From positions 372,001-436,000 of the forward strand of contig NW_026948113.1 in NCBI RefSeq assembly GCF_963921235.1: a DNA stretch of 64,000 nucleotides, given 5' to 3'. The position numbers were made by a program, and so were the translations under genes. Shown here in pieces: positions 49,610 to 61,963 of the stretch (within the stretch, counting starts at the first letter, position 1; each line of letters begins with the position of its first letter). The notes under the pieces were generated by a model. That model was not told the DNA's origin, searched no databases, and was given only the letters and a program-made list of their open reading frames with translations. The DNA is from Mobula hypostoma (Eukaryota).

Positions 49610-51170
49610 AGCCCCGATGGGGCACCTGGCCGAGTACTGAAGACCTCTGGTGATCATGTCACTGGAGTCTTCACTTAAAGCTTTAACCTCTCACTTCAGC
49701 AGTCTCAGGTACCCATCTGCTTCAAGCAGGCTTCAACCTCACTGGTACCAAAGAAGAATGTGGTAACCTACCCCAGTGACCATCATCCTGTAGCACCTAC
49801 ATCCACTGTGATGATGTATTTTGAGAGGTTACTGATGAAACATATCAACTCATGTCTGAGAAACATCTTGGATCCATTCCAATTTGCACACCTTTACAAC
49901 AGGTCCACAGCAGATGCCATTTCATTGGTTCTTCACTCAACCCTGGAACATCAGGACAGCAAAGGTGCATACAACACAATACTCTTTATAGGCATTTAAT
50001 AGTATCACCCCCTCCAAAGTAATCAATAAGCTTCAAGACCTTGGCCTTAATATCTCCGTGTGCAATTGGATCCTCAATTTCCTCGCATGTAAACACCAGT
50101 CAGTTCAGATTGCCAGCAACATGTCCATCAGCACAGATACACCACAAGGCTATGTGCAGGGCACCCTGCTGTACTTGCTTTATACTTTTGGCTGTGTGGC
50201 TATGCACAGCTCCAATGCCATATGTAACTTTGATGGTGACACACTTGTTGGCTGAATCAAAGGTGGTGATGAATTAGCATGTAGGAGGCAGATTGAAAAT
50301 CTAGCAGAGTGGCACCACAACAACAATTTCTTACTCAATGTCAGCAAGATCAAGGGGCTGATTATTGACTTCGGGAGGAAGAAACCAGAGCTCTATGAGT
50401 CAGTCCTCATCGAGGGATAAGATGTGGAGAGGGTTGGAGACTTTAAATTCCTCGGTGCTATTACCTCAGATGATCTGTGCTGGGCCTAGCAGTAAGTACC
50501 ATTACTTCCTTAATTTTGTGAAGATTTGGCATAAAATCTAAAACCTTGATAAATATTTACAGATGGATGGTGGAGGGTACATTGACTGGCTGCATTGCAG
50601 CCTATTATGGAAACACTAATGCCCTTGAATGGAAAATCCTACAAACAAATAGTGGATGCAGCCTCGTCCATCACGGTTAGAGTCCTCTGTACCAGTGAGC
50701 ACAACTACATGGTGAGCTGCTGCAGGAAAGCAGCATCCATCATCAAGGATGCCCACCACCCAGGCCTTGCTCTCTGCTCTCTGCTGCCATCAGCAAGAAG
50801 GTACAGGAGCGTCAGGGTTTTCACCACCAGGTTCGGAAACAGTCACTATCCCTCAACTATTTGGCTTTTGAACCAGAAGGGACATCTTCACTCACTCCAT
50901 GACTGAACTGTTCACACAACCTATGAACTCACTTTTAAGGTCTCTTCATCTCATTTTGTCAACACTGTATTTGTTGATTGCATATTTATTTATTTAGTTA
51001 CTTATTTAGTACTTTGCACAGTTTTTTTGTTTTTCCCTCCTGTTGAGTGCAGACCTTTGATGATTCTATCGTGTTTCTTGGATTTGCTGTGTATGTCCAA
51101 TAGAAAACCAATCTCAGGGTTGTATATGGTAACATATACATTCTTTGATAATAACATTACTTTGAACAGA
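49610..51170 (+). mobile_element. Rex1/Babar-type LINE RT remnant
   Basis: ORFs 49760-49999 (DPFQFAHLYNRSTADAIS), 50058-50255 (PQGYVQGTLLYLLYT) and 50595-50906. Confidence 0.8.
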
Positions 51171-52234
51171 AGTGGGAAAGTGAGCACATTCTTGAAGAGC
51201 CTGCAAGCATGGTCAGGCTCTGACCACACTGGCTAAAGCCAGATCACTAGAGTTGGCTCACAAACTCAACCGTGAAGCTCAGCTCTAAAGTGAGCGAGGT
51301 TCTAAAATTGCTTTGAAATTGTTTTAAAAATTATAGGAAACTTTCAGTCAAATGGAAATTTCGTGAATAAGATCATTTATGTTTGTCCAAAAATTGGGTG
51401 TTCATACTCCAGGGAGGAGATATACAAGGTAGGATTTTGATTAATCTGATGTTTCAGCATCTGGGTCGCAGATAAGACTTCCCTTTCTCCCCGAACCTCA
51501 CCGTTGCCTCAATTCCCATAGTTCGAGGCGACTCACTTGGGTCTCTACTTCTGTGTTCCCTTCAAACTCTCTCCGTTATTCTCTACTGAAATTGACAGGG
51601 TCCCCGGAACAGTACCGGAGTTCCCGTTCTCGGCCTCCCCAGAAACTTGTTAGTGTCCCGGATGCCAGGCTCCCTGGAAATTGACCAGGCTCTTAATCCC
51701 GTGCACTCTTCCGGGGTCACGGGAAAATTTGTCATAACATTGCGTAAGATCTTTAAAAGAGTTGAATACGCATTGGGATATTACATTGGGTTACATTCAG
51801 TACTCGTGAAATTCTGATAGTCTGGTTCCTCTAAAGTCATGAGCGCACTGGAATATCGGAGCTTCACATGACTTAAATGCGGTCGAGATTCACCTGGGTC
51901 CCGGCCTGTGGGGTTCCTTCAGCACTTTGCTTGTGCTGAGGCTGGAATTCTTGGGGGTTCTTTCTTATGATCGCCGAACAGGCACTCCCCAGTTACAAAC
52001 GCCCGACTTATGGACACTTATAAACACTCATGGAATCGTGCATTTGCCAGACCAAGGTGGGCGGGAGCTTATACGGAGCTGCAGGCACCTTCTGAGGGGA
52101 GGGTACGGGGCATCTACCGTGCCTGCTCTCTCCCCACCCAAAGTCGCACTAATTGGGCTCTGTGCAGAGCTGAGCAGACTCGCTCCATCGCTCACTGAGT
52201 CAACAAGGCCTGCTGGTGGGCGCACTTTATTTTT

Positions 52235-52680
52235 AAACCAAGGTTTATTCGTATGATTACAATCAATATTATACATTTTACAGGACATACACACTATTTA
52301 CAGTTTCATATTATAATACGGTCATGACTGTACAAAACACACTTGAGCCCCTGAGGTGCCCACCGGTCCCTGAAAAAGGAATGGTCGTGTATACGTGTAT
52401 ACACCTTCTCCAGGGACACCGAGGCATGGATGTAACCCTCTGGCGGCCGCTGTTCCCGTGTCTACATCGTTCTCCCGTCTCTCATGTTCCCACAATCCTC
52501 TCCCACACACAAAGGAACCCGGGTGATGGCCAGTTCTCAGGACCTGGACCCTGTCGTAACCCGGGGACGACCTGCACATTAAAACCCTGATAACCCAGTG
52601 TTCTGGGGTTATCTGGTGGGGTTCGATCAGCAGGTTCTCAGGATTATTTGTATTGGTATCTCACCAGCCTCCTATTTCGT
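52235..52680 (-). mobile_element. Tx1-like (L1 clade) LINE 3' end
   Basis: Minus frame GYIHASVSLEK...FRDRWAPQGLKCVL...III*, resembling the Tx1-type ORF2 C-terminus, followed by AATAAA (52244-52249). Confidence 0.65.
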
Positions 52681-52913
52681 TTCAAAGAAATATTACATAA
52701 TCTGACAATACATTTTGTTATGAACCAGGCAAGTAGAAAGGGTGCGCAGGAAACGGGTTTCAGTGAATGGACCGGAGGAAGCAGGGTTTCAGTGAGTGAG
52801 AGGGAACCCGGCAAATATTACCTGGTGAGCTGGATACGGAACCTTTGTGATCTCTGAAAAGCCAGTTAGGTGATTATTGGAGTGTTACTTTATTGTCCTT
52901 CTAACAGTGCAGA

Positions 52914-53490
52914 CGTTCATCACTTAGTTCCTTAAGGTTGTTATCGCCGGGGTGGTAATGGGAATGAGCTGCCCCTATCTATTAAATTCTCCCAGTGGGA
53001 TGCGACTCAAATAGCCTGACAACCAAGTCCAGTTCCTGATCTTCATGTGTGGCTACCAAGCCTAGCGGAACTGTTTCTACTGCCAGGAGAAGGACCAAAA
53101 CTGGGTTACTGGCACTTTAAATCCGGTCCCTTCAGGAAAAGCGGCTCGTCAGCCGTGGTTGGCAATTTATCTAGGAGAAGGAAAACTCTGATCTCAAACT
53201 TTTGCTGTCTTGCAGCTATACCCACTCATGGGGAAGGCTTTGGGAGTAAACCCATGAGGGAAAATCTGGAGCTGCAGTCCCTACATTGAGTTTATCGCTG
53301 ACTGGCAAATCCTGCGAAGCAGCTGCTGCCAAAATGTATCGGTCTCTGTTGTTCCTTTCGGTTCTGCAGATGCCTGGAGAGAGGGAGCTTGCTACATGGG
53401 CAACAACTCGTTCTCCACATTATACTGCACAGGCTTGCGTATCTAGACAGCTAGGATGCCACATCCACGGTCAACGCTGACCGACAGAGA
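52914..53490 (+). mobile_element. RTE-like LINE 5'-region-derived repeat
   Basis: Contains CTAGGAGAAGGAAAACTCTGATCTCAAAC, which resembles RTE-clade 5' UTRs (recognition from memory, not searched). Confidence 0.45.
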
Positions 53491-53559
53491 CCTCAACAAG
53501 CCCATCAGTGCCGTTCGCTTCACTCTGCAGTGCTCTCTCAGTATGGTCTCCGATCACTG

Positions 53560-53830
53560 CTGAAGTCACTAAATACCGCTGCTCTGACAGTGCAGAGCTC
53601 CCGCAGCACTTCTCTTCAGTATTCTGCACCAGGCAGGATGATCTCTGACAGACTCGAGCTACCCGGGGATATCGTCGAGTACGTGCAGAAGAGAGGGCTG
53701 GATGTCTGCCATGTCAGGTTGGAACAGGAAAAGACCTTCGCCATGATATGCCACACAGACATTATGGGGTGACTCTAAAACTGGGGTTTGGTGAGTTTGC
53801 AATATGGTGCCGGTGAATCACGGTGACATT
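53560..53830 (+). mobile_element. Tx1-like LINE RT fragment
   Basis: PGRMISDRLELPGDIVEYVQKRGLDVCHVRLEQEKTF resembles the L1/Tx1 RT segment PGR.I.D...LDQEKAFD. Confidence 0.65.
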
Positions 53831-53859
53831 TTGTGGGCTATGTACAATACTTCTAAATA

Positions 53860-56720
53860 TACCTCTTTTGAATTATTCTCACTGCGATCTGCAGCGTGTA
53901 ATTTCCCTTTAAGCAATATACTTTTAAATTGAGGTTGGGTTGGACTATGAAGCGTCTGTTAAGGTTTCCTTTTTGTTTTTTGTTTCCTCTTTTACTGTAC
54001 TATTTAAATAGCTGTGATGCGCTCTTCGTGCCAGATGTTGGAGAACTAGGAGACCCAGAATCTCCTGGAGATCTACATCTGCATGAAATGCATCTGCCTG
54101 CAGCTCCTTGAAGACCATGTCAGGGATCTGGAGCAGCAACTGGATGACCTTTGGCTTGTACGGGAGAGTGAGGACATAACTGATCAAAGTTACAGGGAAG
54201 TAGTTACCCTGAAATTGCAGGTGAATAGCTGGGTGACTGTTAGTAGAAACGGAAATAGGCAGTTAGAGCAGAGCACCCCTGCGGCCATTCCCCTCAAAGG
54301 GTGGTGAATTTGTGGAATTGGTTGCCACATGCAGCTGTGGAGGCCGGGTCATTGGGTGTACTTAAGGCAGAGATTGATAGGATGTTGATTGGACATGGCA
54401 TCAAAGGTTACAGGGAGAAAGCCAGGAACTGGGGTTGAGGAGGAGAAGAAAAAAAAAATCAACCATGATTGAATGTCAGAGAAGACTTGATGGACCAGAT
54501 GGCCGAATTCTGCTCCTGTGTTTTACGGTCTTATGGATACTGGATCTGCTGTTAGGGAATGATACAGGGCAGGTGACATAAGTTTGTATAGGGCAACATT
54601 TTGCATCCAATGCCCATAATGCCATTATTTTCAAGGTAAATATGCAAAAAGGAAGGTCTAGTCCACGGGCTGAGATTCTAAATTGGAGAAAGGCTAATTT
54701 TGATGGTATAAGAGAGAATCTGGTAGTGTGGAGTGTGGATTGTGAATTGCTGTTTTCTGACAAAGGTGTACTTGGAAAGTGAGAGGCCTTCAAAAACAAA
54801 TTTTGAGAGTACAAAGCTTGTATGTACTTGTCATGTAAATGGTAAAGATAACAAGTGCAGGGAACCTTGGTTTTCAAGAAATATTGAGGCCCTTGTTCAG
54901 AGAAAAAGGAGGTGTCTAGCAGGCACAGGCAGGGAGGAACAAATGAGGTGCTTATGGAGTACAAGAAATGCAAGAGAACACTTAAGAAAGAAATCGGGAA
55001 GGCTAAAAGAAGACATGAAGTTGCTCAAGCAGAGAAGGTGAAGGAGAATCCCGAAGGATTCTATAGATATGTTAAGAGCAAAAGGATTGCAAAGGACAAC
55101 ATTGGTCCTCTGGAAGACCAGAATAGTAATCCATGTGTGGAGCTGAAACAGATGAGGGAGATCTTCAATACATTCTTTGCATCTGTATTTACTCGGGAGA
55201 CAGACACAGAGTCAATAGAAGTGAGGCAAAGCAGCATCAACTTCACGGACCCTTTGCAGATTATAGAGGAGGAGGTGTTTGTTACCCTGAGGGAAATCAG
55301 TGTGTATATAATCCCAGGGCCTTACAAGATATTCGCTCAGACCCTATAGGAGGGAAGTGCAGAACTTGCCAGGGCCATAGCTGAGATATTTTAAACCTCC
55401 CTAACAACAGGAGAGGTACCAGAGGACTGGAGGATAGCCAATGTTTTTTCTGCTGTTTAAAAAAGGCTATAAATAGAAACAAGGAAACTATAGGTCGGTG
55501 AGTTTGACATAAGTTGTGGAAAATTTATTGGAAGGTATTCTAAGGGACCGGATATACAAGTATTTTGATAGACATGGAATAATTAAGGATAGTTGGCATA
55601 GCTTCACGTGTAGTAGCTTCAGTTGCTCAGTATTCAGGATGAGGTAGTAAATTGGATTAGTCATTGGCTTTGTGGGAGGAGCCAGAGAGCAGTGGTAGAC
55701 AATTGCCCTCTGACTGGAGGCCTGTGACTAGTGGTGTTCTGCAGGGATCGGTGCTGGATCCTTTGTTGTTTGTCATCTATATCAATGATCTGGTTGATAA
55801 TGTAGTTAACTGGATCAGCAAATTTGCGGATGATACCAAGGCTTGGGGTGTAGTGGACAGTGAGGAAGGTTATCATGGCTTGCAGACAGATCTGCATCAG
55901 CTGGAAAAGTGGGCTGAAAAATGGCAATGCAATTTAGCGCAGACAAGTGTGAGGGGTTGCACTTTGGCTGGGCCAGCCAGGGTAGGTCTTACACAGTCAA
56001 TGGTAGGGCACTGACAAATGTGTTTGGAAAAAAGGGATCTGGGAATACGGGTCCATTATTCTTGGAAAGTGGTGTTCCAGGTAGATGGGGTTGTAAAGGA
56101 AGGTTTTGGCATTTTGGCCTTCATAAATCAAAGTATTGAGTACAGAAGATGGGATGTTATTTTGAAGTTGTATGAAATGTTGCGGAGGCCTAATTTGGAG
56201 CATTGTGTGTAGTTTTAATCAGGAAAGATGTAAACAAGGTTGACAGAGAAAAGTATGGGGGAGGGGGAGAGTAAGAGGACCTGAGTTATAAGGAAAGATT
56301 GAATATGTTAGGAATGTGTTCTTTAGAATTTAGAAGACTGAGAGAAGATTTGATAGAGGTATACAAAATTATGAGGGGCATAGATAGGGTAAATACAAAC
56401 AGGCTTTCTTTTTCACTGAGGTTGGCTGGTACTACACCTGGATTAAGAGTGACAGGTGAGAAGTTTAAGAGGAACATGAGGAGAAAGTTCTTCACCCAGG
56501 GCATTGTGAGGGTGTGGAATGAGCTTCTGGCACAAGTGGTTCATGCAAGCTCAATTTCAATGCTTAACAGAAGTATGGATAGGTACGTGGAGAGTAGGGA
56601 TATGGAGGGCTATGGTCCCGGAGTAGGTCAATTGGAATAGGCAGCTTAAATGGTTTTGGCATGGACTAGATGGGCTGAAGGGCCTGTTTCTATGCTGTAC
56701 TTCTCCATGATTCTATGATC
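53860..56720 (+). mobile_element. CR1 LINE, ORF1 to 3' end, with deletions
   Basis: ORF1 CMKCICLQLLEDHVRDLEQQLD, ORF 54912-55349, ORF 55664-56014 (VTSGVLQGSVLDPLLFVIYINDL...KFADD) and an (ATTCTATG)-like tail. Confidence 0.9.
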
Positions 56721-57324
56721 AATCCCAGAAAGTTCATTGGTGTACTGACTTGTTCAAATCACATCTTGCCAGTTGCACAATTCTTTCTATGTGAGAGAAG
56801 GAGAGTATTTGATGGTATTTTCATGGCATAACTGTATCAGTTTTTCTGGTTGTTTTTTTCCAGATGGGAGTAAAATTAGAGCACATTTTTAATTTCTCCT
56901 GGAAGATTACTTGAATGAATGCTTGCCTTTATCTTTTAGACATGACTTAATATTTTACAGATGTTTAAATTTTCATCATATTAACCATCATTTAAGTCGA
57001 GATACTGAGTTTGTGAAAGAGGCAAGCAGTGTTAGATTCTGAATGTCTGGTTCCAAAAAGCTGCAGCACTTTAAAATCAGCTGCGATGTGTTCTGTCATT
57101 GAAACATGTTTGCCATGTGGTAATGTAAAATTAGGGGTTGAATTTCAATTTTTAAAGATTTTCTATAAATCATTTTAGATTTTCCTCTAATTTAATAAAT
57201 TTCTGTAGTTAATAACTAAATAAAAATCATTTGATTTTTAAAAATGTTGTTGTCATGGGGGATTTCAACTTCCCTCATACAAACTGGGACCTTCTTAGTG
57301 AAAGGGGTTCAGGTGGGGTTGAAT

Positions 57325-59060
57325 CACATACAAGAGAAAATCTGCGGATGCTGGAAACAATACACAATATGCTGGAGGAACTCAACAGGACAGGAAGCAT
57401 CTATGGAAAAGAGTAAACAGTTGACATTTTGGGCCGATACCCTTCATTGGGACTAGAAATAAAGAGATGGGAAATCAGCGTATGACGTTAGGGGAGGGGA
57501 GGAAGAAGTGGAAGGTAGTAGATGATAGGTGACACCTGGAGAGGGCGAGGGGTGGAGTGAAGAGCTGGGCAGTTGACTGGTGAAAGAGAGAAAGGGCTGT
57601 AGAGGGGGAAATCTGATTGGAGAGGACAGAAGGCCATGGAGGGAAGTGAAGGAGAAGGAGTACCAGGATGTAGGAAAAGTTGGGAAGTGATACCGATGAG
57701 GGCTTGGAACATAGAGTGTTCCACGTAGCCAGCAAAAAGGTCGGCATAGCTGGGACCAATGTTCCCTGTGAAGTGCACACATCTTTTGCTACTAGCACAC
57801 AAAGGAACTCAAATTGTGCAAAAAAAGGTTGTCACCTTCTACCTTCTACCTTGTTGGCATGCTAAATATTTTTTATGATTGTTCGCAATCACATTTCATT
57901 TTACAGTTTCTGAAGCAGACAGTTTTGACAACGTAGAGATTGCAATGATTTGCCTGCAGGCTTATTTATGCTATTTCTATTGAAGTTATTTACTGCGCAC
58001 ATGTAGTTGTCACTGAGTAAAAAATTGCACAGCACAAGATTTTTGTGCACACTGGTCATTACAAATTAGAGAGAACATTGGTTGGGCCCCATGCAAATCC
58101 CCATGGCTACACCTTTTGTGGGGGAAGTGGGAGGAGACAAAGGAGAAATTATTGAGAGTGAGGAACAAGTCCGTCAGACAGAGTAGAGTGGTGGTGGAAG
58201 GAAACTGGTCGGGTCTGGTGTTCAGAAAGGAGGGCTTTGAGGCCTGATGTGGATGGAGGTGCATAGGGACTGGACACTCATAGTGAAAATGAGATGACCA
58301 GGGCCAGGGACCTTGAAGTCATTGAAAAGATCAAGAGCATGTGATGTATCACAGATATAGGTGGGAAGGGACTGAACTGGGGGGAAAACAGAGTCAAGGT
58401 ATGCAGATATAAGTTTTGTGGGGCAGGAACCAGAAGAAACGATGGTTCTATCTGGACAGGCAGGTTGATGGGCATTGGGAAGATGGTAGAAATAGGAGGT
58501 GTGGGGTAAGGAAACTATGAGGTTGGTGGCAGTGGATGGGAGCCCCCATAGTTAATAAAGTCAGTGATGGTGCAGGTGACAATGGGCTGGTGCTCCTTAG
58601 TGGGGTCTGTTTGAGGGGTAAATAAGAGGAGGTGTCTGAGAGTTGTTGACTGGCCTCACCAATGTGAAGGTCACTCTGTCAGACTACTACAGAACCGCAC
58701 TTATCTGTGGGTCTGTTGGTGAGGTTAGGATTGGAGAGAGGAGTGGTAAAGTCAAGACGGTTGATATCTCGTAGGCAGTTAGCAATGAAAAGATATAGAG
58801 CAGGCAGGAGACCCGAGCAGGGAGTCCAGGAAGAGGAGGAGGGTTGGACGGGAGAAGGACTTATCAGTGCAAGCTGGAGAGTCCTTGCCAAAGAAGTAGG
58901 CACGGAGAAGGAGGCGGCAGAGGAAGAGCTCAGTATCATAGCGGTCATGGAACTCACTGAGGAGTGGGTGCGGGGTACAAAGGGAAGGCCTTTGCTGAGG
59001 ACAGAACTTCCTGCCCCAGAGAGGTGAAGGTCAGAGGGAATATAGGGTATGAATGCCAGA
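57325..59060 (-). mobile_element. Penelope-like element fragments inserted into a CR1 APE fragment
   Basis: PLE RT remnants (PTDKCGSVVV, LNNFSFVSS). The CR1 APE text (VVMGDFNFP... / DGVEFVQCIQEGF) is continuous across the insert. Near-TSD TGGGGTTGAAT (57314-57324) and TGGAGTTGAAT (59061-59071). Confidence 0.7.
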
Positions 59061-59734
59061 TGGAGTTGAATTTGTTCAGTGTATTCAGGAAGGATTCTTC
59101 AATCCATATGCGGACAGTATAATGAGTGGAGAGGCCATATTGGACCTGCTGTTGGGTCATGAGCCTGGCCGGGTGACTGACCTTTCAGTGGATGGGGACA
59201 GTTAGGGAGCAGTGACCACAACTCCTCATCTTTCAGCCTAAGTACAGGCATCGATAAAGTTATGTATGGTCCTTGTGGAGAGTTTTAAATTAGAGTAGGG
59301 TAAATTATGAGGGCACTAGGCAGGAACTAATAAGTGCTAATTGGAAACACCCTCCTCTGACAAGTCCACATTGGACATGTGAAGGATGATTAAGGATCAA
59401 TTCCACAGTGTACTGGAAAAGTATGTTTTTTAATTTCTCCTGGATAATTATTTGAATCAATGTTTGTCTTTATCTTGATGGTATTTTAATAGTTTAACTA
59501 CACGTATCAGTAATTCTGATTGGTTTATTCCAGATGGAGTACAATTAGAGCAGGTTTTTAATTTCTCCTGGATCAATGCTTGTCTTTATCTTTTAGACAG
59601 GATGAAATATTTTATAAATGTTGAAATATTTATCACATTTAACTATTAACACCAAGTTCCTGAGTTGTGAAAGAGGCAAGCACACTTGGATTCTGCATGT
59701 TTGGATCCAAGTGCTGGAGCACTTTAAATTCAGC

Positions 59735-60375
59735 TGTGAACAGTAAGTTGGTTAAGAAGGCAATGGAATGTTTGCTCTTATTAGTGGAGGCAATGAGTTC
59801 AAAAATCAGGAGGTTATGCTGCAACTTTATAAAACTCTGGTTCGGCCACATCTGGCATATGGCATATAGTTCTGGTAGCCCCATTATATAAAGGATGTCG
59901 GGACTTTGGAGAGGGTGCAGAAGAGCTTCACCAGGATGTTGCCTGGTTTAGAGGGCGTGTGTTAACATGAGATGCTGGATAAACTTGGGTTGCTTTCTCT
60001 GGAGCGTCAGAGGATGAAGGGAGATCTGACTGAGGTTTACATGATTGTGTGAGGCATATATAGAGTGGGCAGAGAGTATCCATTCCCAAGGTTGAAATGT
60101 CTAATACCAGAGGGCATGCATTGAAGGTGAGATAGGGTAGGTTCAAGGGGGACGTGAGAGGGGTTCTTTGACTGAGAGTTGTGGATGCCTGGCATGGTGG
60201 TAGAGGCAAACACATTAGCAGCAGTTAAGAGACGTTTGGATAGGCACATCGATATAAAGAGGATGGAGGGAAATGGACAATGTAGGTAGGACCGATTAGT
60301 GTTTGGGTGTTTTTCAGTTGCTTTTTAATTGGTTTGGTACAAATTATGAGTCAAATGGCCTGTTCCTGTGCTGTA
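59735..60375 (+). mobile_element. CR1 LINE 3' fragment
   Basis: CR1 RT C-terminal and 3'UTR signatures. Confidence 0.75.
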
Positions 60376-60529
60376 CATTCCAATGTTCAATCTCCCTCCA
60401 GACATAATACGTTCCAACCACTACCACCCTCTGCGTTCTTTGGGCAAGCCAATTCCGAATCCATGCAGACAGGTTTCTATGGATCCCATGCCTCATGATG
60501 TCTGAATGTCTACCAAGATATTTCTGGAT

Positions 60530-60653
60530 GAGAAGACCATGACCCGTCACAGGAAGAATGTGCAAACTCCACACGGACCATGCTGGAGATCAGGATTGAA
60601 CCCGTGTCGCTGGAGTAGAGAGGCTTTGCTCTACTTGCTGTGCTATAGTGCCT
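60530..60653 (-). mobile_element. tRNA-derived SINE head
   Basis: The reverse complement begins GGCACTATAGCACAGCAAGTAGAGC and contains a B-box-like GGGTTCAATCC. Confidence 0.6.
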
Positions 60654-61194
60654 TCAGATAACAAGCTGAGAGTCCTCCTCGACCCAACCAGTAATATCGA
60701 CAAGGCAATAGCAAAGGCTGACACTTCTGTCATAATAGCAAATAGTACACATGATCCAGGGAAATAACCGCATTAGACCTTAGAACATAAAACATTTCAG
60801 CACTGCAATAAGCCCTTCAGCCTATAATGACTGTGCTATTCATGATGCCTAATTAAACTAAATATCTGTCTGCGCATGGTCCCTATCCCTTCATTCCCAC
60901 AGGTCCATGTGTCTGTCTCAATGCCTTTTAATGACCAGTATGATGTTTGTTTGCACCATCACGCCTGGTAATGCATTCCAGGCACTTATCAGACTTAGCA
61001 TATTAAAAAAGAACAACTCCTTTAAACTAAAGTGATGCCCTCTAATATTTGACATTTCTAGGCTGGGAAAAAGACTGACTACCCTCTCTCTGGTGTTGCT
61101 GAGGATTATATAAATGCCCATCAGGCTTACCATGCCTCCAACACTCCAGAGGAAAGAACACGGATCTGTCCAAACCGCCAGCAGGGATATTGGG

Positions 61195-61765
61195 CATATT
61201 TACACCACGCTATGAATCTTAGATTAATTTTTAACTCTACGTCAACCCAAATTGCACCAATATACAGGGGTTTCTGTTCCTATTTTAAAGAAAATGTTGG
61301 ACCCTCCCAATCTCATATTAAGGGAAGAATTCATCTTAGGTATCCGGAGTTCACAACAGGAATTCACTCTTCCAGTCAGGTCCTTCCAAATGCCCAGTAA
61401 ATCTTTCACTGCTTTATCCCACCAACTTGCCTTGGCAGTAGTTCCTCACACCAATGGTCTGATATACAATATTGCATTGGCGTTAGGGTTGGGAAGAGGT
61501 ATTCAGGTCAAGTAGGGCTTTACAAATGAGAAGTTGAAACTTCAACACACCACAACACTGAAACCTGATCGCTGAGTGAGATGTAGGAAAAAGTTATAAC
61601 ATTGCAAAACAGACGAGCTGTAAAGTGGCAGAAGATTCAGCTAAGCATTTCCCGCACTGGAGCCAACACTAAGCTTGCTTAGGTGTTGAACCATTAATCA
61701 CAAAACCAGGCAGAGGATCCAGCTTGTGTTCAGAGCTGAGCTTGAGATTTGGGCCAAACACCCAC
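61195..61765 (-). other. Terminal (3'UTR) exon of a paralogous class I-like gene
   Basis: Acceptor TTCTCACTTTTCTTTTGCAG (AG at 61767-61766). Colinear homology to 47235-47331 plus 47968-48330. Confidence 0.7.
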
Positions 61766-61886
61766 CTGCAAAAGAAAAGTGAGAAGAGATTGATTGAGCA
61801 ATACTGTGACAGCAAGCAGGATTAGTGAAAGGACCTGCGTGTTTACCCACCTGTACTAAAGCCTTGACTCTCTCCTTGCTGCTCCT

Positions 61887-61963
61887 CTACACCACTTTAA
61901 CCATCATCGTAAGTGTCGCCATCAGCCCCAGCAAAGGACCTGCACCACGAGGCTCCCCGGCTC
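61887..61963 (-). CDS. Paralogous class I-like gene, C-terminal exon coding part
   Basis: GAGEPRGAGPLLGLMATLTMMVKVV*. 56/77 nt identical, ungapped, to 47032-47108, with the same acceptor context, same TAG position and same GTGGGTAAAC donor. Confidence 0.85.

Noticed and set aside
52387-52404. Palindrome GTGTATAC-GT-GTATACAC
   Set aside because: A single short inverted repeat inside a Tx1 remnant, with no support for function.
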